From NCBI GenBank assembly GCA_937950605.1, contig CALFDA010000020.1:1-56128 (forward strand): a stretch of DNA of 56,128 nucleotides, given 5' to 3'. The DNA comes from an uncultured PS1 clade bacterium (GTDB lineage Bacteria > Pseudomonadota > Gammaproteobacteria > PS1 > Pseudothioglobaceae). Each line of letters opens with the position of its first letter. The stretch's first letter is position 1. The notes beneath the pieces were generated by a model. It saw only the letters and a program-made list of their open reading frames with translations. It was not told the DNA's origin and searched no databases. Below, piece after piece: positions 47,162-56,128 of the stretch. The position numbers and the translations under genes are program-made.

Positions 47162-47908
47162 ATGCGTCAAACAATTGTAGCAGGCAACTGGAAAATGAAT
47201 GGTTCAAAAGAGATGGTTAATACCTTAATATTGGGTATTCTCCAAGGCATGCCATATATTGAATCACAGGTTATCGTCTGTGTGCCTTATCCTTATTTAT
47301 CTCAAGTTGAATCTTTAACAACACACTCCCAACTACAAGTTGGTGCACAAAATTTAAACGCTAACCCTTTTGGTGCTTTCACAGGCGAGGTAAGTGCAAA
47401 CATGATTAAAGATTTCGGTGCTAAGTATGTAATTATTGGGCATTCAGAACGTAGAACCCTATATGGCGAAAGTGATACTATTATTGCAGAAAAAGTAAAG
47501 ATTGCTTTAGAAAACGATCTTACCCCGTTATTTTGTATAGGCGAACTATTAGAAGAGAGGAAAACAGGCAAAACAGAAACAGTAGTTGCTCGACAAGTAA
47601 ATGCAGTAATTGATAAAGTTGGTATTGAATCTTTTAAAAATATCATTATTGCTTATGAACCAGTTTGGGCGATTGGCACTGGTGTTACAGCAACACCACA
47701 ACAAGCACAAACTACACACGCATATATCCGGTCACTTTTAGCGCAAAATGATGTGAATATTGCACAATCCGTCCACATTCTTTATGGTGGTAGCATGAAT
47801 CCTAATAACGCAAAAGAACTTATTGCTTGTGAGGATATTGATGGAGGGCTAATTGGCGGTGCCTCGCTTAAGTCTGATGATTTTTTGAGTATATGTAAAG
47901 CAGGTTAA
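47162..47908 (+). CDS. tpiA: Triosephosphate isomerase
   Basis: AGNWKMN, GHSERR, AYEPVWAIGTG, YGGS and GGASL motifs. Confidence 0.98.
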   Translation: MRQTIVAGNWKMNGSKEMVNTLILGILQGMPYIESQVIVCVPYPYLSQVESLTTHSQLQVGAQNLNANPFGAFTGEVSANMIKDFGAKYVIIGHSERRTLYGESDTIIAEKVKIALENDLTPLFCIGELLEERKTGKTETVVARQVNAVIDKVGIESFKNIIIAYEPVWAIGTGVTATPQQAQTTHAYIRSLLAQNDVNIAQSVHILYGGSMNPNNAKELIACEDIDGGLIGGASLKSDDFLSICKAG

Positions 47909-47913
47909 TTGTT

Positions 47914-48261
47914 ATGTCTTTTCAAGTTGTTTTGGTAATCCATACGATTTTAGCATTAGGGTTAATTACGCTTGTTTTAATGCAAAACGGTAAAGGAGCA
48001 GATGCAGGTAGTGCTTTTGGTGCAGGTGCTTCGGGTTCAGTTTTTGGTGCACGTGGTGCAAATTCGTTTATCTATAAACTAACTGCTAGTATTGCTACTG
48101 GTTTTTTTGTTACTAGTTTGACTTTAGCATATCTTGCGACACCCGTAAGCACCGAAAAAGAATCTGAAAGCATAATGGATCAGGTAGTTGTCGATCCAGT
48201 ATCATCAATTAATACATCAACTGATATACCAACGGTAGACACTAAAGATATTTCTAAATAG
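47914..48261 (+). CDS. secG: Preprotein translocase subunit SecG
   Basis: VLMQNGKGADAGSAFGAGASGSVFG; conserved tpiA-secG-tRNA-Leu order. Confidence 0.95.
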   Translation: MSFQVVLVIHTILALGLITLVLMQNGKGADAGSAFGAGASGSVFGARGANSFIYKLTASIATGFFVTSLTLAYLATPVSTEKESESIMDQVVVDPVSSINTSTDIPTVDTKDISK

Positions 48262-48291
48262 TTAAATTAATTAAAAAACTAACCGTTTTTT

Positions 48292-48377
48292 GCCGATGTG
48301 GTGGAATTGGTAGACACGCTACCTTGAGGGGGTAGTAGGTTACGCCTGTGCGAGTTCGATTCTCGCCATCGGCACCA
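48292..48377 (+). tRNA. tRNA-Leu(GAG)
   Basis: Acceptor stem GCCGATG/CATCGGC plus ACCA; D-arm TGGTAGAC; anticodon arm CTACC-TTGAGGG-GGTAG; long variable arm; T-loop GTTCGATTC. Confidence 0.96.
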
Positions 48378-48497
48378 TTTTTTGTTTCACTCTAATCAAC
48401 AATTTTTGATTTGTTTCGCAACAGCATAATCAATTAATTGTTGGTTGAAGTTGGTTTATTGCAATGCTCTAACACTCAATCCTTCAACCATTAGCAA

Positions 48498-51400
48498 TTA
48501 ACGCTTAATTAACTTTTGTACCCAATTTACAAACTCATAATTGATTAAATACAAACATGGCAACAATACCAATGTCATGAGAGTACCAAATAACAACCCA
48601 TAACCTAGAGCAAGCGCCATTGGTTGTAAGATAAAGTCACTACCGCCAATACCATAAGCCAAAGGAATAACGCCCGCTAAAGTTGTTAGCGTAGTTAATA
48701 TTACCGCGCGCAAACGCTCTTTTACACCGCGTATCACCCATTTAAATACAGGTGTGGTAGCAGATAATTTTTGTTTCAAATAATTCAGGTGGGACATCAT
48801 CACCAAAGAATCGTTCACAATCACACCAATCAAAGCCAAGCCCCCTAGCATTGCAAAAAAACTCAACGCTTGCGCATGTAAGAAAAACGCCCAAATAACA
48901 CCAATTGCCGAAAACGGAATAGCGCTTAACACCAATAATGGTTGAGTGTAAGAATTAAACAACAAAACAAGTAATAGAAAGATTGCAAAAATTGCCATAA
49001 CAAATGCTTTTAATAAACTCTTCATTGAGTTTTGTGTTTCTTTTGCCCCCCCTTCGCTTAGAACACGAACATCAGGATACAAAGTAGCTACATCTAACTG
49101 TTTCAACACTTGTTTAATAACTGCTTGTGATGTGGTTATTTGATCATCAACACTAGCACTAATTAACACCGAACGCTGTCCATTAAAATGATTAAAATCT
49201 GGTTCCCCATCAATATATCTAATGGATGAAAATTGCTTGATAGGTACGGGTCGACCCTTGCGGTTGCTAATTTTCAATTCTTCGATAATAGATTCTGATT
49301 GTTTTAAGTCACCTAAATACACACGAAAATCTACATCACTATCACCATAACGTATATCAGTAACATCAATGCCTGTAAAAGCAGATTTTAAGTAGTAACT
49401 AACAGTTGTAAAATCAACATTTAGTCTTGCCATTTTTTCAAAGTCAAGCACCACCTCAACACGCGATTTACCTAATTTATCATCTCGATCGATATTATCT
49501 AGCCCATCAATATTAGATAAAATTTTTTCAAGTGCATTTGCCGCATTTTTACGTTGTTCATCATCAATGCTTATGATTTGTATTTCTACATCCTCGCCTT
49601 GAGGGGGGCCTGGTCGTTTAACAGAAAAAGTCAATTTCTCAGCATTTGGCACATCTCTACTGTGTTTTTTTAATTCTGCTAACAGTGTTTTGCTTTGTTG
49701 TTTTCTTTTGCCAAAAGGCACTAAATCAATTTTAAATTTTGCCACATAATCAAATTCTTCACCAATAGTACTAGTTAATGAATCTAAATCATCACCTACC
49801 ACTTCATTGATTAATTTCTCTACTTTTTGACTTACTTGTGCCGTATATTGCAAAGAGCTGCCCGCTGGCATTTGTAGTTTCGCATTAATTACATCTGCAC
49901 CTTTAGCGGGAAATAAAGTAATCTGCATTTGTGTTTTAGCAAAAACTATTGAACCTAGCAAAATCATTATAAAAACCACCACTACCAAATAACGTAACTT
50001 TAGTGCTTTGTTGAGAAAACCTTCAAACCAATCTCCGAGATTATCAAACAAAGTCCGCCCCGCGGGTTTTTCATTTAAATCGGCTAAATGTGCTGGCAGT
50101 GCAATAGTAACCTCTAAAAAAGAAAGAGCAAGTGCGAAAATCACCACCAACGGAATCACGTAAATAAATTTACCCATGGTGCCACTCACTAAAAACATCG
50201 ATGAAAACGCCAAAATGCTGGTTAATATTGTAGTAATTACAGGCATAATGACGCGTTTGAAACCTTTTATCACAGATTGATACCTATCCCCACCCATATG
50301 TTTATAACGATGAATACTTTCCGCAACAATTATTGAATCGTCTACTACGATACCCAGCACCAATATCATCGCTGCCATTGATATCAAGTTAATGGTTTCT
50401 CCAGTTGCACCCAATAATGCTACCGCGCCCAATAATGATATTGGCAGGCTAAGTGCCACCCAAAAAGCGGTTTTTAAGGATAAAAACACACCTAACACAC
50501 CCAATACCAGTAACAAACCGACTACACCATTTTTAGTAACAATATTAAGTCGGTTACGCACAAATTTAGATAAATCAGAAGAATAAAAAAACTTGAGTTC
50601 TGGGTATTTTTTGTGTTGCAAATCACTAACTTTTTTCTTTATCAAATCAATTGTATCGATGATGTCTGCACGCTCTTGTTTGCGAATTTTTAAAATAAAA
50701 CCTTTGTTTCCATTGACACGAACAATAGAGTTTTCTTTAACGCTTCCATTCGTGATACTAGCAATGTCTTTCAGGCGCAGAACTGGACCATCAAAACTTG
50801 ATTTAATAATAATGTCCCCAACCGCTTGCGCTTGATGAAAATTTGCCAACACAACAATGTTTTTTTCATTAGTTGTGCTATTATTATCACCAGCTGTATA
50901 ACGCTGATTACGCTTTTTAATCGCATCAAGCACCTGCGGCAAAGATATCTCGTGTTGGTAGAGTTTATCGGTATCAATTCTAATTTGAATTTCCCGCTTT
51001 AAATACCCCTCTTTGATGACATCAGAAACCCCATCAACTAACTCTAATTCTCTAGCAATTGCATCAACATTGTCTCTTATTACAGAAAAATCAAGGGTTT
51101 CGCTACTGATATTGATTTTTAAAATACTTCTAAGCGAATTTTTTTTATCAATTACCTTGGGTAAGTCCACAACCTCTTTAGGTAAATCTCTGACTCTATC
51201 CACAGCATTGGTAATTTCTTGTTTCAAAGCACTAATATCACTTACGTCTTGGGATAGTGTTACTATAATGTTGGAAAAACCTTCACGAGAAACCGAAGAA
51301 AATTTGTCAATCCCCACAATATTGCGCAACTCATCTTCTATAGGATTAGTTACGTTTTGCTCGACATCTTCAGGAGAGGCACCAGGGTAGACTGTTTTAA

Positions 51401-51542
51401 TAGTAACGACTTCAAAATTTACGACAGGAAACTGATCTCTTTGTATATCAAACAAGGATAACAAACCAATACCAATAATACTTACAGTAAAAACTAAAGC
51501 TAATTTTTTTTGTCTAATAAAAAAATCAATAATATCATTCAT
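48498..51542 (-). CDS. RND family efflux transporter permease (AcrB/AcrD/AcrF-like)
   Basis: 1014 aa; YPGASPEDVE, GIVVDDSIIVAE, GVIVNDS and RLRAVILTTLTT motifs. Confidence 0.93.
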   Translation of the reverse strand: MNDIIDFFIRQKKLALVFTVSIIGIGLLSLFDIQRDQFPVVNFEVVTIKTVYPGASPEDVEQNVTNPIEDELRNIVGIDKFSSVSREGFSNIIVTLSQDVSDISALKQEITNAVDRVRDLPKEVVDLPKVIDKKNSLRSILKINISSETLDFSVIRDNVDAIARELELVDGVSDVIKEGYLKREIQIRIDTDKLYQHEISLPQVLDAIKKRNQRYTAGDNNSTTNEKNIVVLANFHQAQAVGDIIIKSSFDGPVLRLKDIASITNGSVKENSIVRVNGNKGFILKIRKQERADIIDTIDLIKKKVSDLQHKKYPELKFFYSSDLSKFVRNRLNIVTKNGVVGLLLVLGVLGVFLSLKTAFWVALSLPISLLGAVALLGATGETINLISMAAMILVLGIVVDDSIIVAESIHRYKHMGGDRYQSVIKGFKRVIMPVITTILTSILAFSSMFLVSGTMGKFIYVIPLVVIFALALSFLEVTIALPAHLADLNEKPAGRTLFDNLGDWFEGFLNKALKLRYLVVVVFIMILLGSIVFAKTQMQITLFPAKGADVINAKLQMPAGSSLQYTAQVSQKVEKLINEVVGDDLDSLTSTIGEEFDYVAKFKIDLVPFGKRKQQSKTLLAELKKHSRDVPNAEKLTFSVKRPGPPQGEDVEIQIISIDDEQRKNAANALEKILSNIDGLDNIDRDDKLGKSRVEVVLDFEKMARLNVDFTTVSYYLKSAFTGIDVTDIRYGDSDVDFRVYLGDLKQSESIIEELKISNRKGRPVPIKQFSSIRYIDGEPDFNHFNGQRSVLISASVDDQITTSQAVIKQVLKQLDVATLYPDVRVLSEGGAKETQNSMKSLLKAFVMAIFAIFLLLVLLFNSYTQPLLVLSAIPFSAIGVIWAFFLHAQALSFFAMLGGLALIGVIVNDSLVMMSHLNYLKQKLSATTPVFKWVIRGVKERLRAVILTTLTTLAGVIPLAYGIGGSDFILQPMALALGYGLLFGTLMTLVLLPCLYLINYEFVNWVQKLIKR

Positions 51543-51823
51543 GGGCGCGGATTATACCAAACACCAACAATTAACACTGTTGTGCGCGATTTCTTTAAAT
51601 GCGAATATTGTTAGGCGTTATTTTTGTCATTTCATCTTTTAGCACCTATTGTTTTGACTTTGTTTTTATGCTTGCAATGTCATCGTCTTTTCTTGTATAT
51701 ATCAATAATAGTACTTAATCCATCTTCTGTTTTGTATTATCGAACTTGGTTTGAAAAACGATTATCACCTTCTCAACTCTTTTATAATACAAGTATTATC
51801 AATATATTAAGCAGTTAAGATTG

Positions 51824-52441
51824 ATGGCAAACAAAGGCTCTTCTAAGCACTGGATGTCCAAACATTTAAGCGATGAATACGTTAAACTTGCACGAAAAAA
51901 GGGTTATCGTTCGCGTGCTGCATATAAATTAAGCGAAGTGGTTGAAAAAAACAAATTTATAAAATCTGGTAATAGAGTTTTGGATTTAGGTGCTGCACCA
52001 GGCAGTTGGAGTCAAATTGCAAGCAAAATAGTGGGCAAAAGAGGTCAAGTTATTGCTATTGATATTTTGGATATAAAGCCGATTGGTGGTGTTAATTTTT
52101 TTCGCGGTGATTTTACTGATGTTAAAGTATATAAAGAATTGCTTGCGTTCATAAAATACAAAAAAATTGATGTTGTGTTAAGCGATATGGCGCCTAATAT
52201 GAGCGGACAGTTATCTGTTGATATACCAAAATCACTCTACTTGTGTGAATTAGCACTTGATATAGCAATTAAAACACTCACACCACATGGTTATTTTTTT
52301 GTTAAAGTTTTTCAGGGCGCAGGTTTTGATGAGTATATTAAATTTATCCGCACAACCTTTAAACAAGTTGTTATTCGCAAACCTAAGGCATCACGTGCAC
52401 ACTCTAAAGAAGTTTATGTATTAGCAAATACGCTAAAATAG
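51824..52441 (+). CDS. rlmE: 23S rRNA Um2552 methyltransferase
   Basis: [29 protein letters not shown] and KPKASR..S.EVY motifs. Confidence 0.97.
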   Translation: MANKGSSKHWMSKHLSDEYVKLARKKGYRSRAAYKLSEVVEKNKFIKSGNRVLDLGAAPGSWSQIASKIVGKRGQVIAIDILDIKPIGGVNFFRGDFTDVKVYKELLAFIKYKKIDVVLSDMAPNMSGQLSVDIPKSLYLCELALDIAIKTLTPHGYFFVKVFQGAGFDEYIKFIRTTFKQVVIRKPKASRAHSKEVYVLANTLK

Positions 52442-52447
52442 CCCACC

Positions 52448-53419
52448 ATGAAAACCCTTCAAGACATTCAAAAATTAGTGCAGAATGACATTAATAAAAC
52501 CGACCAAGTATTGATTGCACACTTAAGTTCTGATGTTGAACTTATTAACCAAATGAGTGGATATATTATCAATGCTGGGGGTAAGCGTTTGCGACCATTA
52601 TTGTTATTATTATGTGCGCGTGCTACCTATTACCAAGGTGAACATCATTATTTAATGGCAGCAGTGATCGAACTAATCCATACCGCTACTTTGCTACATG
52701 ATGACATTGTTGATGAATCACACAGTCGCCGTGGCAAAAAAACTGCGAATGATATTTGGGGAAACGCCGCCAGCGTCTTAGTGGGGGACTTTCTGTATTC
52801 TCGCGCTTTTGAAATGATGGTGACATCTAAATCAATGCGCATTATGCAAATTTTATCCAAAGCCACCAACGAAATTGCGCAAGGTGAAGTTTTGCAACTG
52901 CTTAATTGCCAAAACTCCGCTATTAGTGAAGCACAATACTACCAAATTATTAAGCGCAAAACCGCGGTGTTATTTCAAGCAGCAACACAAATTGCGGGCG
53001 TTTTGTCGGGTGTGGAAAAAACACAAGAACATGTGCTTAAAGATTATGGTCTACACCTAGGCAATGCCTTTCAAATTATTGATGATGTGCTTGACTACCA
53101 GTCCGATGCACACACTCTAGGTAAAGAAGTGGGCGACGACCTAAGTGAAGGTAAAACCACATTACCAATGATTTACGCACTCAAAAACACCACTGGAAAA
53201 GACAAAAAACTACTACAAAACTCCATTCAAAATGCTGATAACTCTAAAATCGATAAAGTACTTGATATTTTACAATCAGTTAACGCTTTTGCTTACACTC
53301 GAAAACAAGCGCAAAAATCAGCTGATCTAGCAAAACAATCGTTGGATTCTTTGCAAAATTCTAAATACAAAGATGCACTTATTTTGCTTTGTGATTTATC
53401 TTTACAAAGAAAATCATAG
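52448..53419 (+). CDS. ispB: Octaprenyl-diphosphate synthase
   Basis: GGKRLRP, ELIHTATLLHDDIVD..RRG and FQIIDDVLDY motifs. Confidence 0.93.
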   Translation: MKTLQDIQKLVQNDINKTDQVLIAHLSSDVELINQMSGYIINAGGKRLRPLLLLLCARATYYQGEHHYLMAAVIELIHTATLLHDDIVDESHSRRGKKTANDIWGNAASVLVGDFLYSRAFEMMVTSKSMRIMQILSKATNEIAQGEVLQLLNCQNSAISEAQYYQIIKRKTAVLFQAATQIAGVLSGVEKTQEHVLKDYGLHLGNAFQIIDDVLDYQSDAHTLGKEVGDDLSEGKTTLPMIYALKNTTGKDKKLLQNSIQNADNSKIDKVLDILQSVNAFAYTRKQAQKSADLAKQSLDSLQNSKYKDALILLCDLSLQRKS

Positions 53420-53428
53420 CTACCTTAA

Positions 53429-55483
53429 ATGCTTGGTGATGAGTTAAAAACCCAAATACGCGACTCTTTTACTGCATTAAAAGAGGGTATGAATGATTTT
53501 CAGGTGCGGTATTCACAAAATAAAATGATTGCCGAGATTTCTAAAACCCTAACTGGAGAATATCACAAAAGCAATATTTTGTGTGTAGAGGCACCAACAG
53601 GCACAGGTAAAACTTTTGCCTATCTGCTAAGTGCTATTCCGATTGCCAAACACAATAAAAAAACATTAGTTGTCTCTAGTGCGAATGTTGCGTTGCAAGA
53701 ACAACTACTATTAAAAGATTTGCCTGAGGCACAAAAATATTGCGCCATAGATTTTAAATACACATTAGCCAAAGGGCGCTCTCGTTATGTTTGTGTTCGT
53801 AACCTCATTAATCTAGCACAAGACAACACCAATGATAACTTGTTGTTTGATACCGATTTGCTATTTGATGAACCACCTAACCAACACCAAATAACCATTC
53901 TAAGCGACTTGTGCAACAAATACTCAACAAAAAAATGGAATGGTGAAATTGATGATTTAACGATAGCACTAGAGAGCAAATTGTGGCAAAAAATCTCTTG
54001 TAATCGCTTTACTTGCACAGCAAAAAGTTGTGAGTTTTACCAAGATTGTGCTTTTTTTAAAGCGCGAAAACAAATTTCTAGTGCAGACGTTATTATTGCC
54101 AACCATGATTTAGTATTGACAGACTTATCAACAGGCAACACCATATTACCTGATGTGCAAAACACTATATTTATTTTTGACGAAGCACATCATCTGAATG
54201 CCAAAGCTTTAGCACACTTTAGTCTAGGTGCTAGCACTGAATTCATCAAAAATAGCATTCGCCAAGCTAAAGGGATTAGTGAGAAAATTGCCAAACTCAC
54301 CGAACAAAAAACTATTGAAATTAATGCTAAACAGATAGAAAACTACTTAAAAGATTTAACTACTTTGTTAGAATCTTTGTCTTTTACAGAAGAAATACAC
54401 TTGTTTGAACAAGGCAAAGTTGACCCTTTTATTGTTGTTTGTAGCACACAACTTAACGTCCTGATTACAAAAATTCTTAATCAAATTATTGACTTAAAAA
54501 AATCATGGGAGCATTACTTACAAACGCAACTTATAGATAAAGCAATCTCCAACCCACTCAATAATGCACTTGGCGAGTGCGAGCAATATTTAATTAATAT
54601 TGTCGAGTTGTTTTTGTCATTTCTAAAAGTTGATGATAGCAACAAGTATCCATATTCTCGCTGGATTGAAAAAAACACTGCCCACAAAAAAACTGTCTAC
54701 ACACTTTGTAGCGCGCAAACAGATATATCTGCTAATTTAGATACACTTATTTGGTCTAAAACAGCAGGATGCATACTAACCTCTGCCACACTTTGTGCGT
54801 TGGGTAGTTTCGACAGGTTTAATAAGCAATTAGGCTTGACAAAACATAACAGCCAATATTTGCGTTTACCTTCACCTTTTTCTTTTGAGCAAGTGGATTT
54901 TATCGTTGCCAAATTTAAATCCACACCTCAACAAGTTTATGAACACACACAAGAAGTTGCCGAGCAATTATTGCAACGCATCAATCCCAAGCAAGGCACC
55001 TTAGTTTTGTTTGCTTCAAACCAACAAATGCAAACTGTAGCAAACCTTGTTGAAAACAAATTTGAACCATGTCTATTTGTACAGGGCGAATTTTCAAAAA
55101 AAATGATTTTGGAAAAACATATAAAATTGCGACAACAAAACCAAGGAAGTGTAATTTTTGGCTTGGACAGTTTTGCTGAGGGTGTGGATTTAAAAGGCGA
55201 CAATCTAACCCATGTTATTATTGCAAAACTGCGTTTTAGTGTGCCTACTTCACCAATTGATAAAACGCTATCGGATTATTTAAAGGCGCAAAAACGCAAC
55301 CCATTTATGGAAATCTCTTTGCCAGATGCCTCACTCAAACTCATTCAAGCTTGTGGGAGACTAATTCGTACCGAAACCGATACTGGAAAAATCACCATTT
55401 TTGATAATCGGCTGATTACCAAATTCTATGGCAAACAACTACTCAATGCCCTACCTAATTACCATATAATTATTGAAAAATAA
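53429..55483 (+). CDS. dinG: ATP-dependent DNA helicase DinG
   Basis: EAPTGTGKT, KGRSRYVC, Fe-S cysteines (C..C..C), DEAH, TSATL and QACGRLIR motifs. Confidence 0.93.
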   Translation: MLGDELKTQIRDSFTALKEGMNDFQVRYSQNKMIAEISKTLTGEYHKSNILCVEAPTGTGKTFAYLLSAIPIAKHNKKTLVVSSANVALQEQLLLKDLPEAQKYCAIDFKYTLAKGRSRYVCVRNLINLAQDNTNDNLLFDTDLLFDEPPNQHQITILSDLCNKYSTKKWNGEIDDLTIALESKLWQKISCNRFTCTAKSCEFYQDCAFFKARKQISSADVIIANHDLVLTDLSTGNTILPDVQNTIFIFDEAHHLNAKALAHFSLGASTEFIKNSIRQAKGISEKIAKLTEQKTIEINAKQIENYLKDLTTLLESLSFTEEIHLFEQGKVDPFIVVCSTQLNVLITKILNQIIDLKKSWEHYLQTQLIDKAISNPLNNALGECEQYLINIVELFLSFLKVDDSNKYPYSRWIEKNTAHKKTVYTLCSAQTDISANLDTLIWSKTAGCILTSATLCALGSFDRFNKQLGLTKHNSQYLRLPSPFSFEQVDFIVAKFKSTPQQVYEHTQEVAEQLLQRINPKQGTLVLFASNQQMQTVANLVENKFEPCLFVQGEFSKKMILEKHIKLRQQNQGSVIFGLDSFAEGVDLKGDNLTHVIIAKLRFSVPTSPIDKTLSDYLKAQKRNPFMEISLPDASLKLIQACGRLIRTETDTGKITIFDNRLITKFYGKQLLNALPNYHIIIEK

Positions 55484-55951
55484 CAACTTATATACAATGT
55501 TTCAAAAACCAAAAAAGTATTTAGTTGTCAATATGTTTTTAATACACAAATTTAACGATTAATATGGGTGTATTTATAATAAACCTAAACCACCTTGCGA
55601 CACAACACCGATGAAACACTATTTCAAAAGTGCTAAAAACGCAAGAATCACAACTCTTATTACCAAAGCAATAACAGAAAATCAATTTATTTAAAATCTG
55701 TGCCTGAGCATACACCAACAAATTATCAAGAATATTTGGTTGACTCTATGTTCACAAAAAAAGTACAGGTGGTTTTGTTTAACTGGTTATCCTTATGTCT
55801 TACAGCTCAATCGTAAAGCAATTTTCATCTGTTGCTAAAACACAACCAAAACACAAAAATTAAACGCGCCTCGTTTTGTGGGAATACAATAATTAAAAAT
55901 ACGAAGCACTGACAACCACAAAAGAAAGATTTACTTTTCAAACTAAAAACC

Positions 55952-56128
55952 ATGTAAACCCACTTACGATCAAATGTTTTGAAGCATATTACTTGGATTA
56001 ATACCCAATCAAAAGGATTTGACGTACAGATTAAACCGAGGTTTGATTTAGCCATGATTGCTGTTCAAGGCATAAATGCACGTCAAAAAACCTACCAAGC
56101 TATACTAGACGCAGAAGCAATCTGTGGC
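55952..56128 (+). pseudogene. gcvT: Fragment of glycine cleavage T protein, 5' end lost; runs off the window edge
   Basis: Frame from 55982 reads [36 protein letters not shown], resembling GcvT KDLSWI..DLSMIAVQGPNA; in-frame TAA at 55955; conserved QGP is QGI here. Confidence 0.65.

Noticed and set aside
48378-48497. tRNA-Leu 3' end as an island integration site; 9-bp inverted repeat TGGTTGAAG/CTTCAACCA
   Set aside because: No integrase and no duplicated tRNA 3' end seen in the window; the repeat is short with a 31-nt spacer
55860-55955. Possible decayed glycine riboswitch upstream of the gcvT fragment
   Set aside because: GGAGA and CTCTCAGG cores are not recognisable

Overview
AT-rich chromosomal segment from a gammaproteobacterium. 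The protein style, shuffled operons and decayed spacers suggest a SUP05/Thioglobaceae-like sulfur oxidiser or symbiont; this is inference only. It is mostly housekeeping DNA: a complete 14-gene nuoA-N operon, bioF-bioH, serB-ccmF-ccmI-dapE-trmD, fabD-fabG, tadA, a Nudix/ThiE-like fusion, gshA-mnmE-sensor kinase, hemB, thiC, carA-mlaA-carB-greA, HMA-thiS, a ThiI/MnmA-like PP-loop enzyme, dnaA-dnaN with a probable oriC, tpiA-secG-tRNA-Leu, an orphan RND permease and rlmE-ispB-dinG. Two structures stand out. (1) A PabI-family restriction DNA-glycosylase plus N6-adenine methyltransferase cassette sits between nuoD and nuoE. It has an ATGA stop/start overlap at both junctions, so removing it restores a coupled nuoD-nuoE. 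(2) A 198-bp, slightly diverged and frameshifted inverted copy of the thiC 5' end lies directly after the thiC stop. thiC is therefore bracketed by long inverted repeats, and there is no room for the usual TPP riboswitch. Also seen: an orphan NarX-type kinase with a Cys-rich GAF domain and no periplasmic sensor, prmA and gcvT remnants, three perfect 14-mers upstream of dnaA, and several -10 boxes only 8-10 nt before start codons. All calls are from motif recognition by eye; no searches were run.
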